The translations under genes and the position numbers were made by a program. The notes under the pieces are model-generated. The model was given only the letters and a program-made list of their open reading frames with translations, did no database searches and was not told the origin of the DNA. Positions 53,537-64,000 of a stretch of DNA of 64,000 bases are shown in pieces. The stretch comes from Octopus bimaculoides (taxonomy: Eukaryota): positions 67,313,249 through 67,377,248 of the forward strand of contig NC_068983.1 of NCBI RefSeq assembly GCF_001194135.2. The letters are read 5' to 3'. Numbering within the stretch: position 1 is the first letter of the stretch; each line of letters begins with the position of its first letter.

Positions 53537-55064
53537 CTTTCCGTATTCCCGAGCGTCATACTAATATATACTTTTGTTATTTACACCACCTGTCCTCGTC
53601 TGTTGTTATTATTTGTATATTCTCCCATATATATATATATATATANNNNNNNNNNNNNNNNNNNNNNNNNNNNNNNNNNNNNNNNNNNNNNNNNNNNNNN
53701 NNNNNNNNNNNNNNNNNNNNNNNNNNNNNNNNNNNNNNNNNNNNNNNNNNNNNNNNNNNNNNNNNNNNNNNNNNNNNNNNNNNNNNNNNNNNNNNNNNNN
53801 NNNNNNNNNNNNNNNNNNNNNNNNNNNNNNNNNNNNNNNNNNNNNNNNNNNNNNNNNNNNNNNNNNNNNNNNNNNNNNNNNNNNNNNNNNNNNNNNNNNN
53901 NNNNNNNNNNNNNNNNNNNNNNNNNNNNNNNNNNNNNNNNNNNNNNNNNNNNNNNNNNNNNNNNNNNNNNNNNNNNNNNNNNNNNNNNNTATATACATAC
54001 ATATATATATATATATACATATATATATGTATGTATGTATATATCGAGAGAGAGAGAGAGAGGGGGGGAAGGAGTGTTTATGTTGTAAGAGTATTGCCAA
54101 TTGGTTTTCAGATTGCTAGAAATGGATTTTTAAGTAACGAGAGAAACGGTTTGAAGGTTGTAGACTATAATATGTAACAGCAACAACATTTTTTTCTTTT
54201 CTTTCCTTCATTTTTTTTCTTCTTATTTTGAAAAATAAAGAAAAATCTTCTATAAAATAACGTCATTTTTATTTTTTTTATTTTAAACTTTTTTTTTCTT
54301 CCTTTTTGTAATATCAACATTTTGCGATTTCCAAAACACTTTGTCTAGTTTTATATATTTTGTTTTCTGATGCAAGTTGTACATAAATGTGCCAAAATTA
54401 GTATTGTATATAGTATAGTAATATAGACGGGTGCATATGAACGAATACATGTATATGTATGCAACGGATTAGTACAAAACTTCGTCATGTTGATTTTAGT
54501 TTTCATCCTTCCAAAGAAGGTAAAATTAGTTTCATTCAAGTAGAGCTTGATACTCCGTTCGACTATATCGTTATACCATGAATATAGTCCAGTGATTGTA
54601 ACTAGTAAAAGGTTACGTATGTTCATATGTTCCCTTATGTGTACATATATGTTTATTCCTCTTATCCTTTTTTCTGTCTTTTACCCTTATATGTTTATAT
54701 ACAAGCTTTTTCAAATGTTTTAATCAGTCAGCGAAAGAAAAGGCCAATACTCAATACGTTATTTATTAATGCATCTTTGATTTTGTCTCTCTTATTTTCG
54801 TGACCCATGCTTGCCGCAAAAGCTATCCTAAAGCAACAATGCTTGAAGATCGTAATATTGTGAAACACAAGTCTTTAGAAAAGGAATTCAGTACATGCAT
54901 GTGAATTCGTGTGTGTGTGTGTCCGTCCTTAGTCAAGAGGGAAGGTATTGTGCCCATAATCATGATCCTTCGTAGTCTCTCTGGGGCAGGTGGGAAGAAG
55001 GAAACTTTCAGCAGAGTGGACTCCGCCAAAGACACCCAATGTGTCAGCTAGTGGTGTTACATAT

Positions 55065-55109
<45 letters not shown>

Positions 55110-55313
55110 CATACATATGTGGAGTGTGTGTGTATACGATTGTGACTCTCTATGGGAAATGACGTGGTATAAACATTCGCCCTGCTTTCGCTTGTGGTTT
55201 GACTGCCCTAGCAGTAGCTAGACTGTCAGACATAAAATCCTCTCGGTTCTCCCACTTTTGATGCAGTAAAACATGCAAGATGTGGCAGCTAGTAGGGAGA
55301 GGACCTTACAACA

Positions 55314-55450
55314 TCATTCAACTGGTATTTTATTTATCGAATTCAATAGGTGAAAGCTGGAGTTGACCTTGCTGAGACAAACTCAGTGAGCAGAGAAGCA
55401 GAGCAAATACTGCAGAGCTTATATCCAACACTCTGATGACTCTGCCAATT
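55314..55450 (-). mobile_element. Family-D SINE fragment
   Basis: CATTCAACTGGTATTTTATTTATCG...GAAAG..GAGTTGACC...AAACTCAG...AAATACTGC aligns to the reverse complement of the family-D head and core. Confidence 0.55.
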
Positions 55451-55789
55451 GCTCTCTCTCTATATATATCTCTATTTCTCTCTCTACACACACACAGTGA
55501 TGGAATCAAAAGCGAGACACAAGATGTTCCTTATTTTCTGCTCACAGTAGAGGTGAGACTCACTCCTTCTCTAAACTTCACTTTCACGCTCCAGAGCGCA
55601 CCGCTAATTCCTAAGACTTATCTACATCTCTCTCTCTTTCTCTCTGTATATANNNNNNNNNNNNNNNNNNNNNNNNNNNNNNNNNNNNNNNNNNNNNNNN
55701 NNNNNNNNNCCACGCAGTGGGACATGAACCCGGGACCATGTGGTTGGTAAGCTAGCTACTTACCACATGCTGTGGTAACGCTGCATTAT

Positions 55790-56003
55790 GCTCTTTTTAT
55801 TCTTTTACTTGCTTCAGTATTTGGACTGTGGCCATGCTGGAGCACCGCCTTTTAGTCGAGCAAATCGACCCCAGGACTTATTCTTTAGAAGCCTAGTACT
55901 TATTCTATCGATCTCTTTTGCCGAACCGCTAAGTTACGGGGACATAAACACACCAGCATCGGTTGTCAAACGATGTTGGGGGGACAAACACACACATATA
56001 AAC

Positions 56004-56034
<31 letters not shown>

Positions 56035-56190
56035 CATATATATGACGGGCTTCTTTCAGTTTCCGTCTACCAAATCCACTCACAAGGCTTTGGTCGGCCC
56101 GAGGCTATAGTAGAAGACACTTGCCTAAGATGCCACGCAGTGGGACATGAACCCGGGACCATGTGGTTGGTAAGCTAGCTACTTACCACA
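55790..56190 (-). mobile_element. Family-A SINE within a 423-bp-period tandem duplication
   Basis: Near-consensus copy; 55710-55839 is repeated identically at 56133-56262. Confidence 0.88.
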
Positions 56191-56979
56191 TGCTGTGGTA
56201 ACGCTGCATTATGCTCTTTTTATTCTTTTACTTGCTTCAGTATTTGGACTGTGGCCATGCTGTAGAACCAAGCTTTTTTTTTACAAGATAATATCAGCCC
56301 AGTATTTTGCCTGCTTCATACTACATTGTTTCCGTAGCATGGTGAAAATGCAAAGTGGGCACTGGAGTAAAAAGCTATAGCAAACTGACCCAGATAATTC
56401 TTTCAGACAAGAATTCTTAATTCTTTGCTACAGGCACAATGCCTAAATACAGAGGGGACAAACAAAGACATGCGGGAACATAAAACATATGAAGGATGAA
56501 TGTGAAATGAATAATTTACAATGCAAATGAGACGGCCATCTCACTCCCGCTGCGAGATGAAACCGTAGATTCCTTTTCCTTAAACTTTTACACAACCTCT
56601 AGCCTCCTCCGAGGCGAAACTGCGACTTCCCTTTTCGCTTTTGCCTTGCGATTATACACCTTTTAGACAATTGTTCATATAGTATTTATGTCTTATTTTT
56701 TCCTTTTATTTTAAAACTAAAGTCAACCAAATGTTTTTTTTACAATATTTTTAAAGACATTTTGGCAACCTGTTCATTCAACATTTACAAAATTTACTTA
56801 TTTTCCCTTTTTTTTCCTAAAAGTTCAAATTATTATTTTCCTCCAATACAGTCATTACAAAAAAATTATATCGACCTACCTCTTCTGTCACTCACAATGT
56901 CTTTCACGTTTACAATCTTTTACGTTGGGGTGTCCCATCTTACTATAATTTTCTTTTTGTTTGTGTGTTAGTCAAACGA

Positions 56980-57367
56980 GTAGAGGTGCAATGGCCCAGT
57001 GGTTAGGGCAGCGGACTCGCGGTCATAGGATCGCGGTTTCGATTCCCAGACCGGGTGTTGTGAGTGTTTATTGAGCGAAAACACCTAAAAGCTCCACGCG
57101 GCTCCGGCAGGGGATGGTGGCGAATCCTACTGTACTCTTTCACCACAACTTTCTCTCACTCTTGCTTCTTGTTTCTGTTGTACCTGTAATTCAAAGGGGC
57201 CAGCCTTGTCACACTGTGTCACGTTGAATATCCCCGAGAACTACGTTAAGGGTACACGTGTCTGTGGAGTGCTCAGCCACTTGCACATTAATTTCACGAG
57301 CAAGCTGTTCCGTTGATCGGGTCAACTGGAACCCTCGACGTCGTTAGCGACGGAGTGCCAGCTAAGC
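56980..57367 (+). mobile_element. Full-length tRNA-derived SINE (family B) with 11-bp TSD
   Basis: Head GGTGCAATGGCCCAGTGGTTAGGGCAGCGGACTCGCGG...GGTTTCGATTCCC carries A and B boxes; tail ...CGTCGTTAGCGACGGAGTGCCA. TAGTCAAACGA occurs at 56969-56979 and 57368-57378. Confidence 0.9.
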
Positions 57368-58713
57368 TAGTCAAACGAACACACGGTTACAGTCTTTACA
57401 CAATTATTTCCACTTACCTCTTCAGTCTCTAACAATGTCTTTCACTTTTACAATCTTTTACGTTGGGGTGTCCCATCTCATTATAATTTTCTTTTTGTTT
57501 GTGTTTTTCATGTTGTCTCTTATTGTTTCTATTTTCCTGCTGTTTTGTGTGTTCTTGTATTTTCGCCTCTAAGTCTGTGTGTTCGCTTGACTGCAACTCC
57601 ACGTGCTTCGTCTGTATGTCCATGTTTTTAGGTTTCCGTAATTCTGGGCTGTCTTGTTTCTCGTCTGAATGTCCTTTTAATTCCTTTGCTGGAACTTCCA
57701 CTGGTAAATTTTCTCCGTTTCTCGTCATGGGTTGGGTTTCTTACTACTGGGAATTCCAGTTCGATATATTCTTTTATATGCTTCAGCTTTGAGGCTGCGG
57801 CCATGCTGGGGCACATCGTCAGAAGTTCGATTTGAATCTGACGAGTCACCTATACTGCTAAACGCCATATGAACGGCCATAACTTTTAACTTCCTAACAC
57901 ACACACACATATATATACATAATACACATATATATATATACATATAAAGTATATGTACATACATATTTACATATACATATATACACATATACATATGTGT
58001 GCGTATATACTTAAAATCATATACACACACAACCAAGTCAATCTTCCGTCGACCAAATTGTCTACACGAAGCATTTTCAGCCGAGGTTTTACATGACCAA
58101 TGTAAAATAACATTTATATTCATGAAATTTACAACTTCCATATTTACATCTGAATTTATACCACAATTAAGCTATTTAAAAAAAACCCAGCTCCTTAGAA
58201 AATATGTGAGAGTTCATAGACGTATTTATCTCTTAAAGAAATTAAATAGATGAATGTATACTTAGTTACTCAATTATCTATAGTAAAATTTATATAATCA
58301 ATTTTCTCTAATAGTTTCTATAGAGTCACTTTGCTCACAGTACATGCATACTCAGCTTTAAGAAAGGGTCAAAACAACTCACCAGTGCATTCTCTTTATG
58401 TTCAATTCTTTACAGTTGTGTCTGTATACTTAGCTCAAATGTTTATACTGTCCATGAACCACGGATGAAAATAAATTTTTGTAAAAGCTTACATTCTGTT
58501 CTTTTATTTCTTGAAATTTTATTCATCTAGCATTGATGGGAGTTAATTCAAATGGAGCAGCCTATTCCTGGATTGAAATAACACTTTTGTTCACGGATGG
58601 TCTTGAAAATTTGGCTTATAGTTGAACACCGACAGACAGGCTGTGTTTATATATACTGAAAATGTCACTATAATCTTCAGTATATAAACATAAGCTTTAG
58701 ATCAGTCGAACTA

Positions 58714-58928
58714 TTGGGTTGGTGCATAATTATTGCGGCTTTTTTTCAACAAATTTTATTCAACAAAAGCAATAACAACAAGTAACAAAAACATCTTTAA
58801 ATGATTATTCCAAAGCATATTCACCATCTACTACAATTACTGCTTCCCATTTGATGTTTTTGTTAACTATTGTTATTGCTGAATAAAATTTGTTGAAAAA
58901 AAGCCGCAATAACTATGCACCAACCCAA
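58714..58928 (-). mobile_element. Mariner-derived internally deleted element (MITE), TA TSD
   Basis: TA|TTGGGTTGGTGCATAATTATTGCGGCTTTT...AAAAGCCGCAATAACTATGCACCAACCCAA|TA, similar to the Hsmar1-type TIR TTAGGTTGGTGCAAAAGTAATTGCGG. The interior keeps the transposase end WEAVIVVDGEYALE* at 58805-58849 (-). Confidence 0.9.
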
Positions 58929-59084
58929 TAGCAATTTGAATACGTATTTAGACGAAATGTGCGAGGTTAAGTTTGATTAAATTTTCAAAATGGTACCACA
59001 GGATTACAAAAACAAATAAGAAAAGAAAAAGTTTATATCCATGCTATTTGTCAGTCAAAGAACGTTCAACTAGTTACTTGTAAC

Positions 59085-59350
59085 TAGGCGAGGTTAGTAC
59101 GATTTGAATCGTTGCAGGTTTGCGGTTGAGAAAACGAATAAATTGGTAATGAGTTCCAGAGGAACGCAGTTGTAATAAAGAAGGATTTGTCTTTTTAACA
59201 CGGAAGGTAGAATGTACAACCCAATGGAGAATTACACAAAGAGGGAGGAAACAAGTATACGTTGAAGCAAGCCTTTTGAACCCGCAAGTACGCTTTAGAG
59301 GGCACGATTTCGTTTGACTATACTCTTGAGAGATGCAAAAGCCGATAGTC
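59085..59350 (-). mobile_element. L2/CR1/Crack-group LINE 3' fragment
   Basis: The minus strand contains SFFITTAFLWNSLP, matching the SFFxRxxxLWNxLP C-terminal motif. Confidence 0.6.
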
Positions 59351-60139
59351 ACATGGTTTTGTGTTTACGACCGAAAATAATGTTTCTGCTAATTAGCGAG
59401 TCCTAAACACAAAACTATGTGGCCACCTACTTATACATCTTCCAGGCTTTGGCCAAGCAAAATTGCGCCTGCTAAAGCGTACTCACCGACTCAAAGGGTT
59501 TAAGATGTTAGTAGCAGAGTTAGCATTTCTAAATCACCTAAGTTATGGTAAATGTTCTAATATATTTTGTAATACTTTTGAATGATCTTATTTAACTTTC
59601 TTTTTATACCATTAAGTAGGTAATTGAATTAAATAGCAAATCTTCGTTTCTCCAATGATTTCATAATACCCTTGGGTTTTCTTTATTTTTTTTTCCGCTA
59701 TCAAAATAATGTGTTACATTCTGTCAGGTGATTACAACAGAATTCGTAATATAAATTTTGCTTTGTTCGGCATCAACGTTAATTTGAAACTATCTGTTTT
59801 AAAATGATAATAAAGGTTTGAGTAAAGCATATATTGCCACCTGGTCATTTAATAATGTATCTGTTTGTGATTGAAACGGTTACATAATTCCAGCCAAAAT
59901 TATTAACTGGTTTTTGTTCTTTAAATAAGTAATTAATAGATAGTATTTTAATCGTCTTTAAATTATCTAACTTAATAAACTGTACATTTCTTTCAAAATT
60001 GAAGCCAAATGAAATCCTTTTGGAATCCATAATATTTATAATCATTAACGACAATACATTTACTTTAGTCTCATACTTTGCACTGAGAGTCCTTGAAATA
60101 CAACAGAGCGACTAATTAACAAATAAATGATAATTACGT

Positions 60140-60310
60140 ACATAGGTACAAGGCTAGAAATTCATGTGGAGGAGTCAGTCGATTAGCTCAAACTCAGTAT
60201 TTATCTGGAACGTTTTTTTTTATCAACCCTGAAAATCTACTTCAGTGGGATTTGAGAGGAACAAATACCGGCAAAGCATTTTGTCTGACACTATAATGAT
60301 ACGTCCGACA
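60140..60310 (-). mobile_element. Family-D SINE remnant
   Basis: ATAGGTACAAGGCTAGAAATT...GTCGATTAG...TTTATCAACCCTGAAA...AAATACCGGCAAAGCATTTTGTC aligns to the family-D reverse complement. Confidence 0.55.
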
Positions 60311-60450
60311 AGCCATCACGATATGAGAGAACTTAGGGCCAAGCCACACCTTACCGTATGATAACGATTTTTTTACTGAGAATCATACCTCTCCCCCACT
60401 CAGCAATTTTAGGAATATAGAATAGGGTTTTATGGTGTTAATGCATTTTC

Positions 60451-61514
60451 GGATCTATTTTAAAACGGGGGCCGCATTTTTCATTAATGTTTTACGTAGT
60501 GTTTTTGGTACGGAAAGACTTTCAAACTTCGTATACTTATCTATTTTGTGTTATAGAACAGAAAAATAGGATCTTTTTTAAAACGGGGGCCACATTTTTC
60601 ATTAATGTTTTACGTAGTGTTTTTGGTACCGAAAGACTTTCAAACTTCGTATACTTATCTATTTTGTGTTATAGAACAGAAGAATATTTTTGTATTCGAA
60701 TTTATTTCATGTAAAAAATTGTCTTATTTCGATAATTTCAACCAATCACTGACAAGTATTCAGTTGTTTACCTTTACTCCTTTNNNNNNNNNNNNNNNNN
60801 NNNNNNNNNNNNNNNNNNNNNNNNNNNNNNNNNNNNNNNNNNNNNNNNNNNNNNNNNNNNNNNNNNNNNNNNNNNNNNNNNNNNNNNNNNNNNNNNNNNN
60901 NNNNNNNNNNNNNNNNNNNNNNNNNNNNNNNNNNNNNNNNNNNNNNNNNNNNNNNNNNNNNNNNNNNNNNNNNNNNNNNNNNNNNNNNNNNNNNNNNNNN
61001 NNNNNNNNNNNNNNNNNNNNNNNNNNNNNNNNNNNNNNNNNNNNNNNNNNNNNNNNNNNNNNNNNNNNNNNNNNNNNNNNNNNNNNNNNNNNNNNNNNNN
61101 NNNNNNNNNNNNNNNNNNNNNNNNNNNNNNNNNNNNNNNNNNNNNNNNNNNNNTGGCTCATTAAGCGATGTAAAGCGTATTTAATCTCCATACCTTCGTT
61201 TTATTTGCTTTTTTCATTTTAAATTTGTTTTAACCCTAACCCTAACCCTAACCCTAGGGCTAGGGTTAGGGTTAATTGTTTCAGAATCGTTTGTTTATGT
61301 AGTCTGCACTTAATGTATATCGGCTGAATGGACGTCAGTGATTGGTTGAAATTACAGAAATCCGACAACTTTAACATGGAATAACTTGTGGATTTCTTTT
61401 TTTTTTTAAGAAGACTAAGAGAAAAAGATGTTTTATATGACACATTCTACCAGTGTTCCAAGTTTCAAAGTGTTTCGTTAATGAAAAATGTGGCCCCCGT
61501 TTTAAAAAAGATCC
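60451..61514. mobile_element. Long-TIR non-autonomous DNA transposon with 8-bp TSD (Merlin- or hAT-like)
   Basis: TIR GGATCTATTTTAAAACGGGGGCCGCATTTTTCATT / AATGAAAAATGTGGCCCCCGTTTTAAAAAAGATCC. TSD GCATTTTC at 60443-60450 and 61515-61522. Subterminal inverted motif TTTCAACCAATCACTGAC / GTCAGTGATTGGTTGAAA. Confidence 0.85.
61231..61274. repeat. Interstitial telomere-type repeats (TAACCC)4 followed by (TAGGG[CT])3
   Basis: Directly visible inside the DNA transposon. Confidence 0.9.
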
Positions 61515-62807
61515 GCATTTTCCACTGGTAGTGAACGTCGCTTAAAACGGTGATACTCAAACTGACAATTACCAGCTCCTTCAAATATTAGTGGAATTTT
61601 TATTACTGAGAATAAAAAAGAAATAGAGTTTGCATCTATATAATCTCTTCTTTCTTCGCTGGATAAGTTTAAAATAAAAAAATAAAACCTTTTTATTTTA
61701 TTAAACATGGCAGTGTGTTCCTGTTTCAATCCTCGCACTCCCCTATAAGAAACATTGGTATAATCCCTTTTCATCCCTGTTCGCAGACTACTACCAGACG
61801 ATGTGGTCTAATTGTATTTGTATTGAGTAACAATCTAGAGTCTTCTTCAGTTTCCCTCTTGACACAAAAATATCATCAAAAACACCTCAGAATGTTCGAA
61901 ACGGTGATCAATCGGCAAGGTTACTTCTACAGCATCACTCCTTGTTCTCCTTTGAAATAAGACAACTACGTGGTATCCCGACGCTGTCTGTGCAGTAGTT
62001 GGACGATGCGAGGTTTCACTCTGTAAGTTACATTTACAATATCATTAGTTAATTAGCTAAAGTATAAAGGTAACTCCGTCCAAAAGGCTACGAAGCTTAC
62101 AAATAATTCCGATCGAAGAATTTAAAATCGATTTTCTACTCGGTACCAGTAATTAATAATTATTCCTAGCTCTCCATGCGTAGAGATTTAAGTAGAAAGT
62201 TGTGTTCTGAGATGGAAACTTTCCAACGGAAGCTGCTTATGAATAATTTAATGCACAGATGTACCAAATTACGTATGAAGTTCGTCTAATAAATTGGTTA
62301 AAATAAATAACAGCTTTTAAACCTGATATATCGTTCACCCCAAACAATAGATATGGTGTTGGTTTAGTGTTCATTACCGGGAAAGTTAACCACACTGCTT
62401 GGCAGAAAGTTCGGTTTAAAAAAGAGAATAACATTGCCACTATTAAAAACATGTACAACTGGTCAGTTATGTTTTACACAATTGCTTCACACAGAATTAA
62501 TTTTTCGCTACTAAAACTGGATTGGTTGGTAGCCATTATAGTCAACTCCGTTAATATATTTCTACTGGCAGCTTCACACTGACAGACCATATAAACACAT
62601 ATAATAACTCACATTTATACAAATACGCAATTATACATATAGAAAGAGAAATTTTCACAAAGAAACACACACACACGTATACACATTCAAATATACACAT
62701 GCGTACATATACACACACACTCAATAGATACTTGTATACAAAGATTCATACTTGTACATATATATGACATGTATTTGACATGTACATGTATTTAACATGC
62801 AAAGACA

Positions 62808-63203
62808 AGTGCAGGCTTGGCTGTGCTTAAAGAAGTTTGCTTCCCAACCACGTGGTTCTGGGTTCAGTTTCACTGCGTGGCACCCTGGGCGAGTGTCTTT
62901 TACTGTAGCCTCGGACCGACCAAAGCCTTGTAAGTAGATTTCGTAGAGGGACACTGAAAGAGGCTCATTGCTCATATGTATATGTATGTGTGTGTGTGAA
63001 TGTATCTCTATGTTTGTCCCCCAACAGCTTGATAACCGGTTTTGATGTGTCAACGTCACTGTAACTCAGCGGTTCGGTGAAAGATACTGATAGTAAAAGT
63101 AGCCAGCTTAAAAAAAAGTAAGTACTGAGGTTGATTCGTTCGACTAAATTTCTTCAAAGTGGTGCCCCTGCATGGCCGCAGTCTAATGACCAAAACAAAA
63201 GAA
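62808..63203 (+). mobile_element. Older, diverged family-A SINE
   Basis: GCAGGCTTGGCTGTG...GGTTCTGGGTTCAG...GGCGAGTGTCTT..GCCTCGGACCGACCAAAGCC, an internal TG tract, and a tail CATGGCCGCAGTCTAATGACCAAAACAAAAG. Confidence 0.8.
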
Positions 63204-63916
63204 TTGAAGAATATTTCTCTTCTACAACCAATAATAAATACACCTATGAAACATTACAAATACTCAAATTGCTCAGATTTTGATATTTGATAAAAAAAAA
63301 GAAAAAAGATTGGTATTTTCTATTCTGACTAGACATTGTGTTCTATATTTTGAAGGGAAATTGGAGATTGTTCGGTTCATATTTTTCCCCAAGGCATTTA
63401 CAACATAATTAAAGTGAAACTGAATTACATTCTCGGCTTGTCCTTAACTGAAATAAATTTTAAATAGACTTAATAAATTCACCAAAAGCGTGATCGTCTA
63501 GGCAAGAGGTTTGTGGTTCGTGACAATGTAATTGGACCAGTCATTCGAGCTGTAAATAGATACTGTAGGTTAAAACAAGTCGTTTGGTGAGCCAGCGAGG
63601 TGGGTCTACGAGGTAGTTTCACATGCTAGAAATAACAGGAAGAACACACAGAATAATGAGCAACTAAGATAGGGTGGTAAGAGCTGGAAAGCCTTTAGTC
63701 ATTGCTCAAATCGATCAAGGTTCATCTGTGGCTAAGCAACAACAAAAATTGATCTGAAGGAACATTTTGATTAATTTAAACCAGAGATGGTGGACTGGCG
63801 AACTTTTAGATCTTTAAGAGTGGCCGTCTGAAAAAAGTTCGATTTTTCCTAAAAGTGATACATTTTTGTTAAATATATAGGTTTGCATTTATTCCTTAAA
63901 CATATTTAAACATTAA

Positions 63917-64000
63917 ATGGCGGCGAGTTGACACAATCATTTTGCACGCCGAGCGAAATGCTTTGCGGTATAACGCCTCTGTGAATTATTGTGAATACTG
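63917..64000 (+). mobile_element. Family-D SINE head (runs to window edge)
   Basis: GGCGGCGAGTTGACACAATC...GCACGCCGAGCGAAATGCTT.GCGGTAT. Confidence 0.55.

Noticed and set aside
54351-54626. 91-aa minus-strand ORF
   Set aside because: The plus strand resembles a decayed SINE core (TTTTCATCCTT...AAAATTAG); no protein motif.
56600-56630. GCCTC-ctcc-GAGGC-GAAAC hairpin resembling hammerhead stem II
   Set aside because: No CUGANGA upstream.
57429-57728. 99-aa K/E/Q-rich minus-strand ORF
   Set aside because: No recognisable domain or splice context; it ends within a local duplication and sits among TE debris.
59470-59505. Possible piggyBac end (TTAAACCCTTTGAG on the minus strand)
   Set aside because: No matching opposite end or TTAA duplication was found.
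61231-61274. Ancient telomere-telomere fusion site
   Set aside because: A fusion gives (TTAGGG)n(CCCTAA)n; here the order is reversed, the tract is tiny and it lies inside a TSD-bounded transposon.

Overview
AT-rich, microsatellite-dense, gapped animal genomic DNA. The repeat content is consistent with a mollusc, probably an octopus (inference). Bases 95-5722 hold the last five coding exons of a TIAM1/still-life (sif) Rac GEF on the + strand: end of the DH domain, second PH domain and a C-terminal tail ending DTEC. About 6-39 kb is CpG-depleted, poor in young transposons and has no confident coding gene, although there is a spliced-looking exon pair on the - strand at 30.1-30.3 kb. From about 39.8 kb onward the DNA is CpG-normal and transposon-rich. 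It carries tRNA-derived SINEs, two RTE LINE remnants, an RLE-type LINE end, a Penelope-like element with an inverted terminal repeat, an L2/CR1 fragment, a mariner MITE and an 8-bp-TSD foldback MITE containing telomere-type repeats. The best candidate for an undescribed system is a ~600-bp palindrome (40228-40825) made of two divergent units, each a tRNA-derived Pol III head, an (AAT/AAC)n linker and a minimal hammerhead ribozyme. It looks like a SINE-ribozyme (retrozyme-like) element probably mobilised by Penelope elements. Further hammerhead-like motifs lie at 45.7, 48.3/49.9 and 53.5 kb. All calls were made by eye, without database searches.
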